A stretch of DNA of 64,000 nucleotides from the human T2T-CHM13v2.0 reference genome, Homo sapiens, in the NCBI RefSeq assembly GCF_009914755.1, contig NC_060934.1, one strand, 5' to 3'. Within the stretch, counting starts at the first letter, position 1, and every line of letters begins with the position of its first letter. The notes beneath the pieces are model-generated. The model did not search any database. It worked only from the letters and a program-made list of their open reading frames with translations, and had not been told where the DNA came from. Position numbers and translations under genes: made by a program. Of the stretch, positions 1 to 16,950 are shown one piece after another.

Positions 1-831
1 GCTTGAAAACGGATTCCAAACATAACCTTCAGATGAGGTGGAATAAAAAAATCAAATCCTTCAGAAAACAAAGAAAAGATAATGCAAAAACCTTTGTTAA
101 ATGTCAAAGCAACCAATCACTATGAGTTGTGCAGTGAAGTTATACTTCATGGAGAGATGAAGAAGATACCTATCAAAGAGTGATACGGTCTCTGTAATAA
201 AAATATCACGAGCATATACTACAGCAATGAAATCAAGAGTCAGATACTGACAGTTTTTCCTCAATAAGTAAATAACATGACTAAAAAATAGCAAGTCACT
301 GATCTAATGAAAACAAAGAATGGAGACCAAAGGGCAGTAAGTTTGAGGATGGGAGCAAATCATGTAGTCTGCATAAGAAGATGAATTATCAACATGCTGT
401 ACAGTTGTAAAAGTGACCATTCTCTGCCTTTAATATTCTATTCTCATCAGCAAGAAACAAGGGGCTTCAGATAAGCTTTACATATTTGAAAACAATCCCT
501 TATCTGATTACTATTAAAATGTTTTATTTTTGCCCCTAGTGAAAAAAAGCTTCTACTTTCACATTTTCCACTTCCAAAACATGTAACATTTTTTAACCTT
601 CCTGAAGAATGTTAAATTATATTTAATTTTGTCTTTCCTTAACTAAACAATGTCATCACTTTAAATATCATTACTATATAGCAAGGCCCTCAGGAGTTAA
701 TGAGGTAAAAGTGTGGGGCCCCGACCCTACACCCCCTACCAAAAAACCTGGAAAATGTAGTGCCAAATTATGAAACCTGAATAAAAACAGACTAAAAAGA
801 GATATATCACTCAAGTTTTCTAGGACTCCTA

Positions 832-1535
832 TTTTTTTTTTATTGTGGTAAGACCACTTAATATGAGATCTACCTTCTTAACAAATGTTTAAGTATACAG
901 TACAGTGTTATTGTTAACTAACTATAACACAGTGTTACACAGATCTCTAGAACTTGTTTATCTTGCATAACTGAATCTTTACGTCCATTGAGCAACAACT
1001 CTCTGAAATTCCACCTCCCATGAGCCCCTGGGAACTACCATTCTACCCTCTGCTACTATGACTTTGATTATTGTAGATTCTTCTTATCACTAAAATCATA
1101 CAGTATTTGACCTTGTAATTAGCTTATTTCACTGACACAGTGTCCTCAAAGTTCATCCATGTTGTCATACATGACAGTATTTCCTTCTTTTTCTAAGTCT
1201 AAATAATATTCCATTGTATGTATATACCACATTTCCTTTATTCATCAATGGGACATCTAGGTTGATTCCACATCTTGGTTATTCTGAATAGTGCTGCAAT
1301 GAACACAGGAGTGCTAATGTCTCTTCAAGATGCTGATTTCAATTCTTTTGGATAAATACTCAGAAGCAGGATTGCTGGATCATATGGTAGTTCTCTTTTT
1401 AATTCTCTGAGGAACCTTCATACTATTTTCCATAGCAGCTGCACCATTTTGCATTCCCAACACCAGTAGGCAGACAAGGGTTCCGATTTCTCCACAGTCT
1501 CACACTTGTTATATTTTCTTTTCTGATAATAGCTG
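832..1535 (-). mobile_element. LINE-1 3' end fragment, L1MA9/L1MA8-like
   Basis: T-tract followed by TTATTGTGGTAAGA...ATGAGATCTACC...AGATCTCTAGAACTT, typical of the L1MA 3' UTR in antisense. ORF 1418..1828 ends in the L1 ORF2 C-terminal motif [12 protein letters not shown]. Confidence 0.8.
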
Positions 1536-2260
1536 TTAGTCTGGCTTTGCCTTTGGTGACCTGCCTTTAGTGGATGCACTAAAAAGTAGACAACAAAACT
1601 TCTAAACTTGTGTAAAATGTATAGGCAAGACTGACTAGAGACCAACATACTAATGTAGATCATGGCCTTCGTGTCAAGTGAAAAAAATTTACATTCTAGT
1701 CCCCATAGCAAAGATATAATGAAAAACAACAGTTTAGAGAATACTGAAGGGTATCCTTTCAGCCATGTCTGAAAGGCTATACACCCAAATACTAAGAAAA
1801 AAAGAAAAATCAAACAATTAAAAAACAAATTCAGAATTGAATCTCATTACCTCAAGCCCTGTTCATTAAGGATTTATAAATTCAAATGTCTGAACTTTAT
1901 TTTATGCAAATATTTAAAAAGCAAATTTATAAACATACACAATATCAAAGAAGACGTTAAAATATTTCAGAAGAAAATCATTATTGAATAAATCCTTTTG
2001 TTTTAGGTGAAGCTATGTACTTTAAAATGCTTTACATGATATTTATAAATCATTTTTACCTATTATAATGCTACTGCCTCAAAAAACTCTACTAACACTT
2101 AGTAGTCTACTTTGTACCTAAACATATTCATATTAGGTAGATCAGCCTTGAATTAGTCATATTTTAAGGTCTTACTAGGGGTAAATGTAAATAACAAACT
2201 GAGAGGCCTGGCATGTAATTCATGTGTTATTTAGAACAGTCCATAATAAATACATGTTTA

Positions 2261-3323
<1,063 letters not shown>

Positions 3324-3629
3324 TTAGTGCCATTTTATTCAATGCTATGAATAGAGTTTACAATACTTTAGTTATATGAATTTTAAAGGCATGGAATTTC
3401 ACAGTCATGTAAATTTTACAGTAGCTACAAAGGTGTTGAAGAAGACAAAGTGATTCATTGAAAAAGACTGTGAAAAAGATACTGATGTTAATCGTGCTTT
3501 TATTTCACAGTTAAAAACTTCATTGCTAATTGTGTCACATTTTTCAGCCCTTTCCCCCATACTTTTCAAAGGTACTAACTCTATTATTCTGTCCACATTT
3601 TTAAAAATTGTTTTAGTAAGAATAATACC

Positions 3630-3972
<343 letters not shown>

Positions 3973-4490
3973 TTATTAATTCTCCAGCAAAATCATCACC
4001 TATGAACAAACTGATAATGGTCCTAAGAAAGAAAAAGAAGGCGAGAAGAAAGGAGGCAGGGACAGGGTAAAGACTTCATTTTGGTATTTAAAATACGGCC
4101 AAATTTATCATTTTTCTAAAGGTAGTAAATAAGACTGATAATTTATAAGGGAAATATTTTCCTTCCTGTGTTGAAATAATATGCCAAATGGCTACCAAGG
4201 AAATATACTTATTTATGTACATTCATTTCTATATTGATTCCTATTGTGAAACATGTTGCAAGAAAATGGAATGCATGAGAGACAATTAAGGTCAGAATCA
4301 GTTTTACAAATTTTGCCAGTTTGCAGATTTCACTTCTATCTCCTTTCTCCCAAGTAAGGTTACCCCTAAAACATCACCAGCAGCTGCACATCAGTAACCC
4401 ACTTACCACTGAAGTTAAAGCTTGTTTGTGCTCACTGAAACTAGAAAAGCTGTTTTTTGTATAAAATGTTAGCTTTAAAAACCTGCCGGC

Positions 4491-4792
4491 GGCCAGGCAC
4501 CGTGGCTCATGCCTGTAATCCCAGCACTTTGGGAGGCCGAGGCAGGTGGATCAAGAGGTCAGGAGTTCAAGACCAGCCTGACCAACATAGTGAAACCCCC
4601 GTCTCTAATAAAAATACAAAAATTAGCCGGGCATGGTGGCGGGCATCTACAGTCCCAGCTACTCGGGAGGCTGAGGCAGGAGCATGGTGTGAACCCGCGA
4701 GGCGGAGCTTGCAGTGAGCCAAGTTGCGCCACTGCACTCCAGCCTGGGTGACAGAGCGAGACTTTGTCTCAAAAAAAAAAAAAAAAAAAAAA
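4491..4792 (+). mobile_element. Alu (S-type left arm, Y-type right arm) with TSD
   Basis: Full dimer with A22 tail; TSD AAAAACCTGCC(G/A)GC. Confidence 0.95.
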
Positions 4793-5054
4793 CCTGCCAG
4801 CTGCCAGCTCTTCAACTCTCCTTCCACCCACAACTGCCAATATAATATATTCTTTGTTCAACTCTGTATTTCTTGGAGCTAAAAGAAAGGGAATCAATTA
4901 TTTTTATTTTATTTTTTTGATACAGGGTCTCACTCTAACTTGGAATCAGTTCTTACGGATAAAAAGATCAAACTTTGAATCCAAAATCTACAAGACTATT
5001 CCGAGAAACATGAGCTGCACAGCTGTAGATAACAGCAATAAAAACAGAATAATG

Positions 5055-5230
5055 GGTAACAATTACTGAGCACATACTATGTATCACCCAATATGCCAAG
5101 TGCTTCAAATGATCTTCAAAATAACTCCTGGAAGTAGATACTATTATTATACCCATTTTGCAGATGGGGAAACTGAGTCTTAAAGCTAAATGATCCATGT
5201 AAAAAAGCTTAGCCCTTAAGTGACACACAA
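5055..5230 (-). mobile_element. MIR SINE
   Basis: TACTGAGCACATACTATGT...ATTATTATACCCATTTTGCAGATGGGGAAACTGAG. Confidence 0.8.
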
Positions 5231-6339
5231 AGATATATTTAAAGACAAAGGGCCTGAGAAATATGCTTAGGCCTTTAATGACCAAGTTCCAAAAGCTCTC
5301 AACCTAAAGGCCACAGGCCATTTTTAATACTTCCAAAATCTAAATGAAACAATCATTTAAATGTGAAATTCCCTAACTAAAATTGTAGGTTTTTTAGGGG
5401 TTTTTGGGGGGGCTTTTAGTTCAACTTAGGTCAATTCAGTATAGATACTAATATGTTGCCCTAATTAGAATCTTTTGCTAAAAACTGGGAGACAAATTAT
5501 TAATAATTAAGCGTTCTGAGCAAAAACATTTTCGTAGTGTGAAATTAATAGTGGAAAAAACAATTTAAGAGATCCTTTCTATGAAAAGTTTGGGAGACAA
5601 TGGACTAAAAGACCTGCATGATCTATGATGGATCTAACATGTGAGTTTCTGCTAAAGGTTTCTATACCAGTAATGTGCCTGCCCCACCCTTACTCCTGTC
5701 CCTTACTCCCTCCCTCTGAATACCACACTCACAACCGACCAGCTGCTTTTTATTCCTACGGGCAAGCCTAATAAACTGAGATTGGCTCTCACCAGCACGA
5801 GCTGAAAAAGCTAAAGTTGACTCAACATTATTCTTTGCTGTGAATCCAGAGCAATTTTTCTTCCCATTTATCTGGTTTCTTCCCATTACTTTCAGATTCT
5901 CCTGGATACTTGTTGATTAATTTGCCTTTGACAACTTTCGTAGTTCTGCCCCTTCAACTCCTAAAATCTCCTGGTGACTGCTTAGAGTATGATCATTGAG
6001 TCTCCATCCTAGCCTCCTCTGGGATGTGGATCATTTTGATAGATTAAGCAGTATCTCCAACCACCAGGGTCCACATGCTTGTGTTTCATGGGCAGTTTTC
6101 CCTATTCTGCTTCCTTGCTCATTCCACTTGAGCTGCTACAAGCCACACTCTGCCATGACACCCTTAAACTGATCATTCTGTTATGGCTGATTTTGGTTGA
6201 GGTATACTACATAAAATGTTATGGGTGCCCTATGGACAAAAAGTATAATAAACCTAATGTATAAAGTCATTACTTGTTTCTGTACTTTTCTGGCTATAGA
6301 TAACCACCCAAATTCCTAGAGGATGTTATATAGGAGATA

Positions 6340-6870
6340 TATAGGTACTGAGACTACTACAATAAAACAGGGCAGACAACATTCCTGCTCTAACAGAGCT
6401 CACATTCTAATTGGAGGAGGAAACAGAAAACAACAACAGCAGCCAGTGGTTAAGTACAATGCAGAGAACTGCAACAGGATGACCCAGGAGTGATTAGGTG
6501 GTTAGGTGAGATTGGGTAATAAATGAAGGAGTCACCACGGAATCTGAATAGCATTAAGAAGCCAATGCAGGTGAGACAGTTGCTCATTCTGAAGCAGGGA
6601 ACAGCAGAATCAACGACCCTAAGGAAAAAGGAGGCTGACATGTTTACAGAAACAGAAGAAAGGCCAATAGGACTGAAGCTTAGTGGGCCAGGAGGATAAT
6701 GATAATAAGATGAATTTGGAAAGGCAAGCAGGGACCAGCTCACACAAGGCTTTGTGGGCAAACATGAAATTTAATCCAAGTGCAAGGAAAGCCACTGGAG
6801 GGAGTTTTAAGAGGTTCTCTCATTTGTGCACTAAAAAGGCCACTCTGCTTGCTATGCAGATTGAAACAGG
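6340..6870 (-). mobile_element. L2 LINE remnant
   Basis: CCTGCTCTAACAGAGCTCACATTCTA and GGAAAGCCACTGGAGGG...TTTTAAG match the L2 3' region in antisense. Confidence 0.7.
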
Positions 6871-6888
6871 TCAATAATAGAAATAGGG

Positions 6889-7155
6889 GGCCAGACACAG
6901 AGGTGGCTCACATCTATAATCCCAGCACACTTGAGGCCAGGAGTTCAACACCACCCCAGGCAACAAAACAAGACCCTGTCTCTACAAAAAATAAAAATAA
7001 AATGTTAGCCGAGCTTGGTGGCACAAGCCTGCAGTCCCAGCTACTCGGGAGGCTGAGACAGGATCAACTGAGCCCAGGAGTTTGAGGTGAGCTATGATCA
7101 TACCACTGTACTCCAGCATGAGTGACACAGCAAGGTCTTATCTCCATTTAAAAAA
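6889..7155 (+). mobile_element. Alu (AluJ-like, internally deleted)
   Basis: Degenerate dimer with TGAGCCCAGGAGTTTGAGG...GAGCTATGATC. Confidence 0.9.
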
Positions 7156-7163
7156 GCTTCCTC

Positions 7164-7539
<376 letters not shown>

Positions 7540-7734
7540 CTAAGTAACACAAAGGAATTTCACGGTAAGATGATTGAAAATTCAAGATTTTAGAGATGGA
7601 CAAGTATTTTCAGGGTTTCAGCTGAATGGGATTGGAAGCTTCATAGCAGAGCAGAAGTTCACAACTTTAGAGTCTGTTATAATGGCTCTGATTATTTAAC
7701 CATATAGCTAATTATATATTTAATTATGGTGGGC

Positions 7735-7835
7735 TTTTAAAAAAATTACTGGGTCCTACCCAGAGATTCTGATTTAGTTGGTCTGGGGTAGGAACTGAGA
7801 ATGTTTGTTCAAGAAGCATCACAGAAGATTTGAGC
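7735..7835. mobile_element. MER5-family hAT MITE fragment
   Basis: CCCAGAGATTCTGATTTAGTTGGTCTGGGGTAGG core. Confidence 0.6.
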
Positions 7836-9428
7836 ATAGGCTGTACAAACAATTTCAAGATAAATAGTGTAGAGTCACTTTTGAGAATGTAAAACAAACA
7901 GGGATGCAAATAGAGCTTTTAAACACATACTAGATAGCCCTCCTCCCCCCACAGTACCCACCCCCCATCAACACACACATAACCTGAAACAGGCCTGAGA
8001 TAAAGTCTTACAGGTGGGATTCAGAATCGAAGCCTGACATCCATGAGAAGGCAAACGTGTACAATTTCTCCCCCTGCCAAAATTTAGTCTTTCTTCTCTC
8101 CAATAAGAACTTACTGGTATCCACACATTCTCAACAATACAGCAGTATCCTTCTATTTAATAGCTGCTAATTTGGCAGGTAAGAAAATTTTTATCTGGAT
8201 TTCTTTAATAATCAGTGAGACCAAAAACACTTTCTTAGTGTGACATGCCAAAATTTATTAACATGTGAGTGTACTCAGTCTTCCTCCTCTACTCATTCTG
8301 CCCTTCCTAAAAAGGAAGATTTGCTGGAACTAAGTTGATCAATATAATAAAGGAATAAAGAAGGAAATGTTGATGAGAAGAAACCTTGTTGGTTGGGATT
8401 TAGGAAGAAAGCTTTAGAGTTTGACCAGTGAGAAGTTCCTGGGCAGCAGGAAGCAAGGAAAAGAGAAAAGGAACTTGTAAAAAATATTAATGTGGTTATG
8501 AATTAAGTTCCCTTTAATACACTCTTTGAAGACAAATAGAATTCCTTTTTAATTCCTTCTGGTTTTAAACTATGCTTCTTGAACAAGCCCCAGTTCTGAA
8601 CTTGCACCATGTACTTTTCTGAATTAGCTGGGATTATATCCAGGCCATTTTCCTGGCCACCTGGAAAAGCCTAGCTGCTTTTGTAAACTTTCTGCAGATA
8701 TCCTTTGCATATTTTTTCTTCTGAGACTTATTTTTTAATAAAATTTGTTTCTTAAGACTGTTTTAGGGTCACAGCCAAACTGAGTGGAAAGTACAGAGTT
8801 CCCATTTACCGCCTGTCCCTACACAGACACAACCTCCTCCAATATCAACATCCCACAGAAGAATGGTACATTTGTTACCATCAATGAACCTACAGTGACC
8901 CAGTATTATCAACCAAAGTCCATAGTTAACATTAGGGTTCACTCTTGATGTTGTGCATTCTACCATCTTTGACATATGTATAATGACATGTATGCACTAT
9001 TATAGTACTGTACATAATAGTTTCATTGCCCTAAAAACCCTGTTCTCTGATTATTCACCCCTCTCCCCTGTAACCCATAATAATGGCTAATCTTTTTACA
9101 GTCTCCATGGTTTTTGCCTTTTCTAGATGTCATGCAGTCATAATCATACACTGTGCAGCCTTTTCAGGTTGGCTTCACTTACTAATATGAATTTCAGGTT
9201 CCTCCATGTCTCTTCAAGGCCTGATAGCTCATTTTTTTCTAGTGCTAATATTTCATTGTCAAAATGTACCTTAACTCATTTATGCATTTACCTACTAAAA
9301 GGCATCTTGGTTATTTCCAAGTTTTGGTGATTATGAATACAGCTGCTATAAACATTTGCGTGCAGGTTTTTGCGTGAACATATTTCAATTCATTTGGGAA
9401 AATACGGAGAAGCATGATTGCTGGGTTA

Positions 9429-9879
<451 letters not shown>

Positions 9880-12159
9880 TCAGCATTTTGTGTCATCGGT
9901 GTTCTGAATTTTGGGCATTCTAATAGGTACATGGTGGTATCTCACATTTTAATTTGCATTTTCCTGACAACATATGATGTGGTACATCTTTTCACGTGTT
10001 TACCTGCCATCTACAAATCTTCTTTGGTGAGGTGTCTGTTAAGGTCTTTAGCTCATTTTTTAATCAGGTTGTTTATATTCTTACTGTTGACGTTGAAGAA
10101 TTATTTGTATATTTTAAGTAGTCGTCGTTTATCAAATATATCTTTTGCAAATATTTTCCTCCCAGCCTGTGGCTTGTCCTTTAATTCTCTTCACAGTGTC
10201 TTTTGCAGAGAAAAAAAAAATTAACTTTAATGAAATTCCAGCTTATCAAGTCTTATCAATGACTTTCTAGATACTACACCAAAGACACAATCTTGGATTG
10301 TAATCTGCCTGGTGTAAGGTCTGTGTCTTGATTGATTTCTTTTGCATGTGAATGTCAGGTTATTCCAACATTATTTTTTGAAAATATTATATCTTTTTTC
10401 CATTGTATTGCCTTTATTCCTTTGCCAACGATCATTTGACTATATTTACAAGGGTCTGTGTCTGGGCTCTATTGTGTTCCACTGATCTATTGGTCTATTC
10501 TTTCACTAGTGCCATACTGTCTTGATAACTGCAGTCTTACAGTAAGTCTTGAACTTGGGCAGTGTCAATTCTCCAACTTTGTTCTTTTCCCTTAATATTG
10601 TGTTGACTGTTCTGGATCTTCTGCCTCTCCATATAAACTTTAGGATCAGTTTCTTGATAGCCACAAAGTAACTTAGTGGGATTTTGACTGTGATTGTATT
10701 GAATCTATAGATCAAGTTGGGAAGAACTGACATTCTGATGATGCTGTGTCTTCCTATCCATGAACATAGAATACTTCTATATTTATTTAGTTCTTCTGTT
10801 TTCTTTCATCAGTTTTGTAGGTTTCTTTACATAGATCTTGTATATATTTTGTTAGATTTATACCTATAAATTTCATTCTGGGGGTTGCTAATGTAAATGG
10901 TATTGTGTTTTTAATTTCAAATTCCACTTGTTCACTGCTGGCAATAAGAGAAAGTGATAGTGGTTTACAAGTTCCAGAAGTAATTTTCTTGATTCTTTTG
11001 AATTTTCTTCATAATCTTGTCATCTGTGAACAATGACAGTTTACTTCTTCCTTTTCAATCTATATACCTTTTATTTCCATTTTTTGTCTTACTGCATCAG
11101 CTAGAACAGAATGATGCTGAAAAGCAATGATTAGAGGGGACATTCTTGCCTTGTGCTTAATCTTTGCAGGAAAGGTTCCAGTTTCTTAACATCAACTATG
11201 ATATTAGCTGTAGGGTTTTTTAGATGTTCTTTATCAGGTAAGAAAGTTCCTCTCTCTTCCTAATTTACTGAAAGTCTTCATAATGAATTAGTGTTGGATT
11301 TTATCAAATGCTTTTTCTGAATCTATTGACACAACCCTGTGATTTTCCTTCTTTAGCCTGTTAATGTGCTAGATTACACTAACTGATTATCCAATATTAA
11401 GCCAGCCTTGCATACCTGGGATAAATCCCACTTGGTTGTGGTATATAATTTTTCATACATTTTTGGATCAAATTTGCTAATTTTGTGGAGGATTTTTGCA
11501 TTATGTTTGTAAGAGATGTTAGTATGTACTTGGCTTTTCTTGCAATATGTGTTTTTTGAATTAGGATAATGGCAGAATGAATTAAGATGTATTTCCCCTA
11601 CTTCTGTCTTCTGGAAAAGATTGTGAATAACTGGCTTAAGTTTTTCCTTAAATATTTGGTAGACTCACTAGTGAACCCATCTGGACCTGGTACTTTCTGT
11701 TTGGGAAGATTATTAATTGTAGATTCAGCTTCTTTGCTAGATACAGGCCTATTCAGATTGTCTATTTCTTCTTGTGTGACTTTTGGCAGATTGTACCTTT
11801 CAAATAACTGGTCCATTTCATCTAGGTTATGAAATTCATAAGCACAGGGTCAGTGATAATATTCCTTTATTATCTTTTTAATGTCAATGGGATCTGTAAA
11901 GATGCTGCTCTTTCATTTTTGATATTAGTAATTTGTATCCTTTCTTTTTAGCTGGTCTAGCTAAAAGATTACCTATTTTACTAATCTTATTAAAGAACCA
12001 GCTTTTGATTTTATTGATTTTCTCTAGGTGTTTACTGATTTTCATTTCACTGATTCCTGCTCTAACTTTTATTATATTTCTTTTCTTCTACTTACTTTGG
12101 ATTTGATGTGTTCTTTTTCTGTTTCCTAATGTGGAACTTTAGATTACTGATTTTAGATC

Positions 12160-12454
12160 TTTTTTTTTTTTTGAGATGGAGTCTCACTCTGTCGCCCAGG
12201 CTAGAGTGCAGTGGCGTGATCTCGGCTCACTGCAAGCTCCGCCTCCTAGGTTCACAAAATTCTCCTGCCTCGGCACCCCCAAGTAGCTGGGACTACAGGC
12301 ACCCACCACCACGCCCGGATAATTTTTTGTATTTTTAGTAGAGAGAGGGTTTCACCATGTTAGCCAGGATGGTCTCAATCTCCTGACCTCGTGATCCACC
12401 CACCTCGGCCTCCCAAAGTGCTGGGACTACAGGCATGAGCCACCGCGCTCGGCC
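12160..12454 (-). mobile_element. Alu (AluSc/Y-like) nested in L1
   Basis: Antisense dimer; TSD ATTTT(A/G)GATCTTT. Confidence 0.95.
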
Positions 12455-13488
12455 AATTTTGGATCTTTCATCTTTTCTAATAAATGCATTCAATCCAATA
12501 AATTCCCCTCTAAGCTCTGGTTTCACTACATCTCACAAATTTTGATAAACTGTATTTTCATTTTGATTTATTTCAAAATATTTTTAAGTGTTTTTGAGAT
12601 TCCTTCTTTGAACTATGTATTATTTAGAAGTTGTTTAATTTTCCACATATTTTGGGATTTTCTAGCTATCTTTCAGTTACTGGTTTCTATTTAATTTTAT
12701 TGTGCTTTGAGAACAGATATGGCATGATCTCTAGTTTGTTAAGGTTTGTTTTATGGCCTAGAATGAAGTTTATCTTGGTGAATGTTCCATGTAAGCTTGA
12801 GAAGAATGTGTAATCTGCTGTTATTTGAAGTAGTCTATAGATGTCAATTATACCCAGTTGATTGATACTGCTATCAACTTCAACTATGTCTTTATTGATT
12901 TTTTGTCTACTGGAGTTGTCAATTTCTGATACAGGAGTGTTAAAGTGTCCAATTATAATAGTACATTCATATATTTCTCATTGTAGTTCTATCAGTTTTT
13001 GCCTCACATATTCTGATGCTTTGTTGTTAGGCATATAGATATTAAGAATTGTTGTATCTTCTTGGATTACTTACCCTTTGTCATTACGTCCTATTTATCC
13101 CTGATAACGTACAGTGCTCTGAAGTCTACTATTAATATAGCTACCCTCAGTTTATTTTGGTTAATGTTAGCATGATATATCTTTCTCCATTCCTTTACTT
13201 TTAATCTTTGTGTCTTTAAACTTAAAGTGGGTTTCTAGTTGATAACATATAGTTGGGTCTTGCTTTTTAATTCACTCTACTAATCTCTGTCTTTTAATTG
13301 GTATATTTAACCACAGTGATTATTGATATAGTCTGGACTAGTATCTATCATATTTATTACAGGTTTCTGTGTGTGGCCCCTGTTCTTTGTTCCTATTTCC
13401 GTCTTTTACACTTTTTCTGCCTTTTGTGGTTTTAACTGAGCACATTATATGATTTCATTTTCTCCCTTTTCTTGGCATATTGATTATA

Positions 13489-14042
13489 CAGTTGACCCTT
13501 AAACAACATGGGTTTGAACTGCATGGGTCCTCTTATATGCAGATGTCTTTTTACTAAAAGCAGATAGAAAATACAGTATTTGGCTAGGCGTGGTGGCTCA
13601 CGTCTGTAATCCCAGCACTTTGGGAGGCCAAGGCTGGTGGATCACGAGGTCAGGAGTTTGAGACCAGCCAGGCCAACATGCTGAAATCCCGTCTCTACTA
13701 AAAATACAAAAATTAGCCGGGCGCAGTGGCAGGCGCCTGTAATCCCAGTGACTCCGGAGGCTGAGGCAGGAGAATTGAGTTGCTTGAACCAAGGAGGCAG
13801 AAGATGCAGCGAGTGCTGAGATCGCACCACTGCACTCCAGCCTGGGTGACAGAGCAAGACTCCATCTCAAAAAAAAAAAAATATATACAGTATTTGTGGG
13901 ATGTGAAAACTACATATATGTAGCACCAACGTTTTGTATACACAAGTTCAACAGGGCCATCTGCATGACTTGAGTAAGTGAGGATTTTGGTATACTCAAG
14001 GAGCCCTGGAACCAATTGCCCATGTATACTGAGGAATAACTG
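13489..14042. mobile_element. MER8 (Tigger2-derived MITE) nested in L1, split by an Alu
   Basis: TA|CAGTTGACCCTT...TTTGAACTGC start and CCTGGAACCAAT...TATACTGAGGAATAACTG end; terminal inverted repeat CAGTT...AACTG. Confidence 0.85.
13582..13881 (+). mobile_element. Alu (AluSg-like) inside MER8
   Basis: GGATCACGAGGTCAGGAGTTTGAGACCAGCC; TSD ATACAGTATTT at 13571-13581 and 13885-13895. Confidence 0.95.
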
Positions 14043-14451
14043 TTCTCATCTTTCCCTTCCTTCTCCTTCCCCTTCTTCTTTTTCAATTTTTACTTCTCTC
14101 AGCGGTTTCCCTGGAGTTTGCAATAAACACTTACAACTCATTCAAGTCCACTCTCAAACAATGCTATACCACTTCATAAGCAGTCCAAGTACCTTATAAT
14201 AACCAAATATTCCTAAATTCACTCTTTCATCTGTTGCATCATTGCTGTCATTCATTTCACTTATACCTAAGTACCATGTATAGATACACACACATATACA
14301 AACCCACAGAAGCATAATCGAATACATGGTCACTATTATTATTTTAACAAACTGTTATCTGTCAGATCAATTATGAACAAGGAATATAAAAGTTTTTAAG
14401 ATTCAAGCTTCTGACCTATATTATTTTCCTTCTCTCTGAACTTTTTTTTTT

Positions 14452-14578
14452 TACATATTTCTTACAAATCAGATTTGCAATAAATTCCCTCAATTTTTGC
14501 TTTAAGTCTTTTATACATATTTCTTACAAATCGGATTTGCAACAAATTCCCTCAATTTTCACTTTGAGTAAGTCTTTA
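14452..14578. repeat. Two-copy tandem duplication, period 62 bp
   Basis: TACATATTTCTTACAAATC(A/G)GATTTGCAA(T/C)AAATTCCCTCAATTTT at 14452 and 14514. Confidence 0.95.
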
Positions 14579-15286
14579 TTCTTCCTTTACTTTGGAAGGG
14601 TAACACAACATGGCAGGATATAAAATTCTAGGTGGTGGGCTTCTTTCTCTCAACACTAAATATTTCACTATTCTCTTCTTGCTTGCATGATTTCTGAGAA
14701 GTTGGATGTAATTTTTATCTTAGTTTCTCTATAGGTAAGGTATTTTTCCTCCCTGGCCTCTTTCAAGATGGTTTCTTTACCTTTGATTTTCTGAAGTTTG
14801 AATATGGTGTGGCTAAGTGTAGATTTTTGGCACTTACCATCTTTGGTGCTCTCTGAACTTCCTGGATCTGTAGTTTGATATCTGACACTCATTTGGGGGA
14901 ATTCTCAGTTATTACTTAAAATATTGCTTCTGTTCCTTTCTTTTTTTCTGCTGCTTTGGTATTTCCTTATGTATATTTTGCACCTTTGGCAGCTGTCTCA
15001 CAGTTCTTGCACATTCTGTTCTGAGGGAGTTTTTCTCTGTCATTTTTCTTCTTGCTTTCCAGTTTTGGAAGCTTTTTGTAATATCCTCAAGCTCAGAGAT
15101 TTTTAAAAGTCCAGTATACTAATGAGCCTATCAATGAAATTCTTCATTTGTTACAATATTTTTTACTATTTTTTATTCTTTCTTAAAATTTCCATCTCTC
15201 TGCTTACATTATCCATCTGTTCTTGCATATTGTCTACTTTTTCCTTTAAAGCCTTTTGCATGTTAATCCTATATTTTTTTTAATTC

Positions 15287-16950
<1,664 letters not shown>

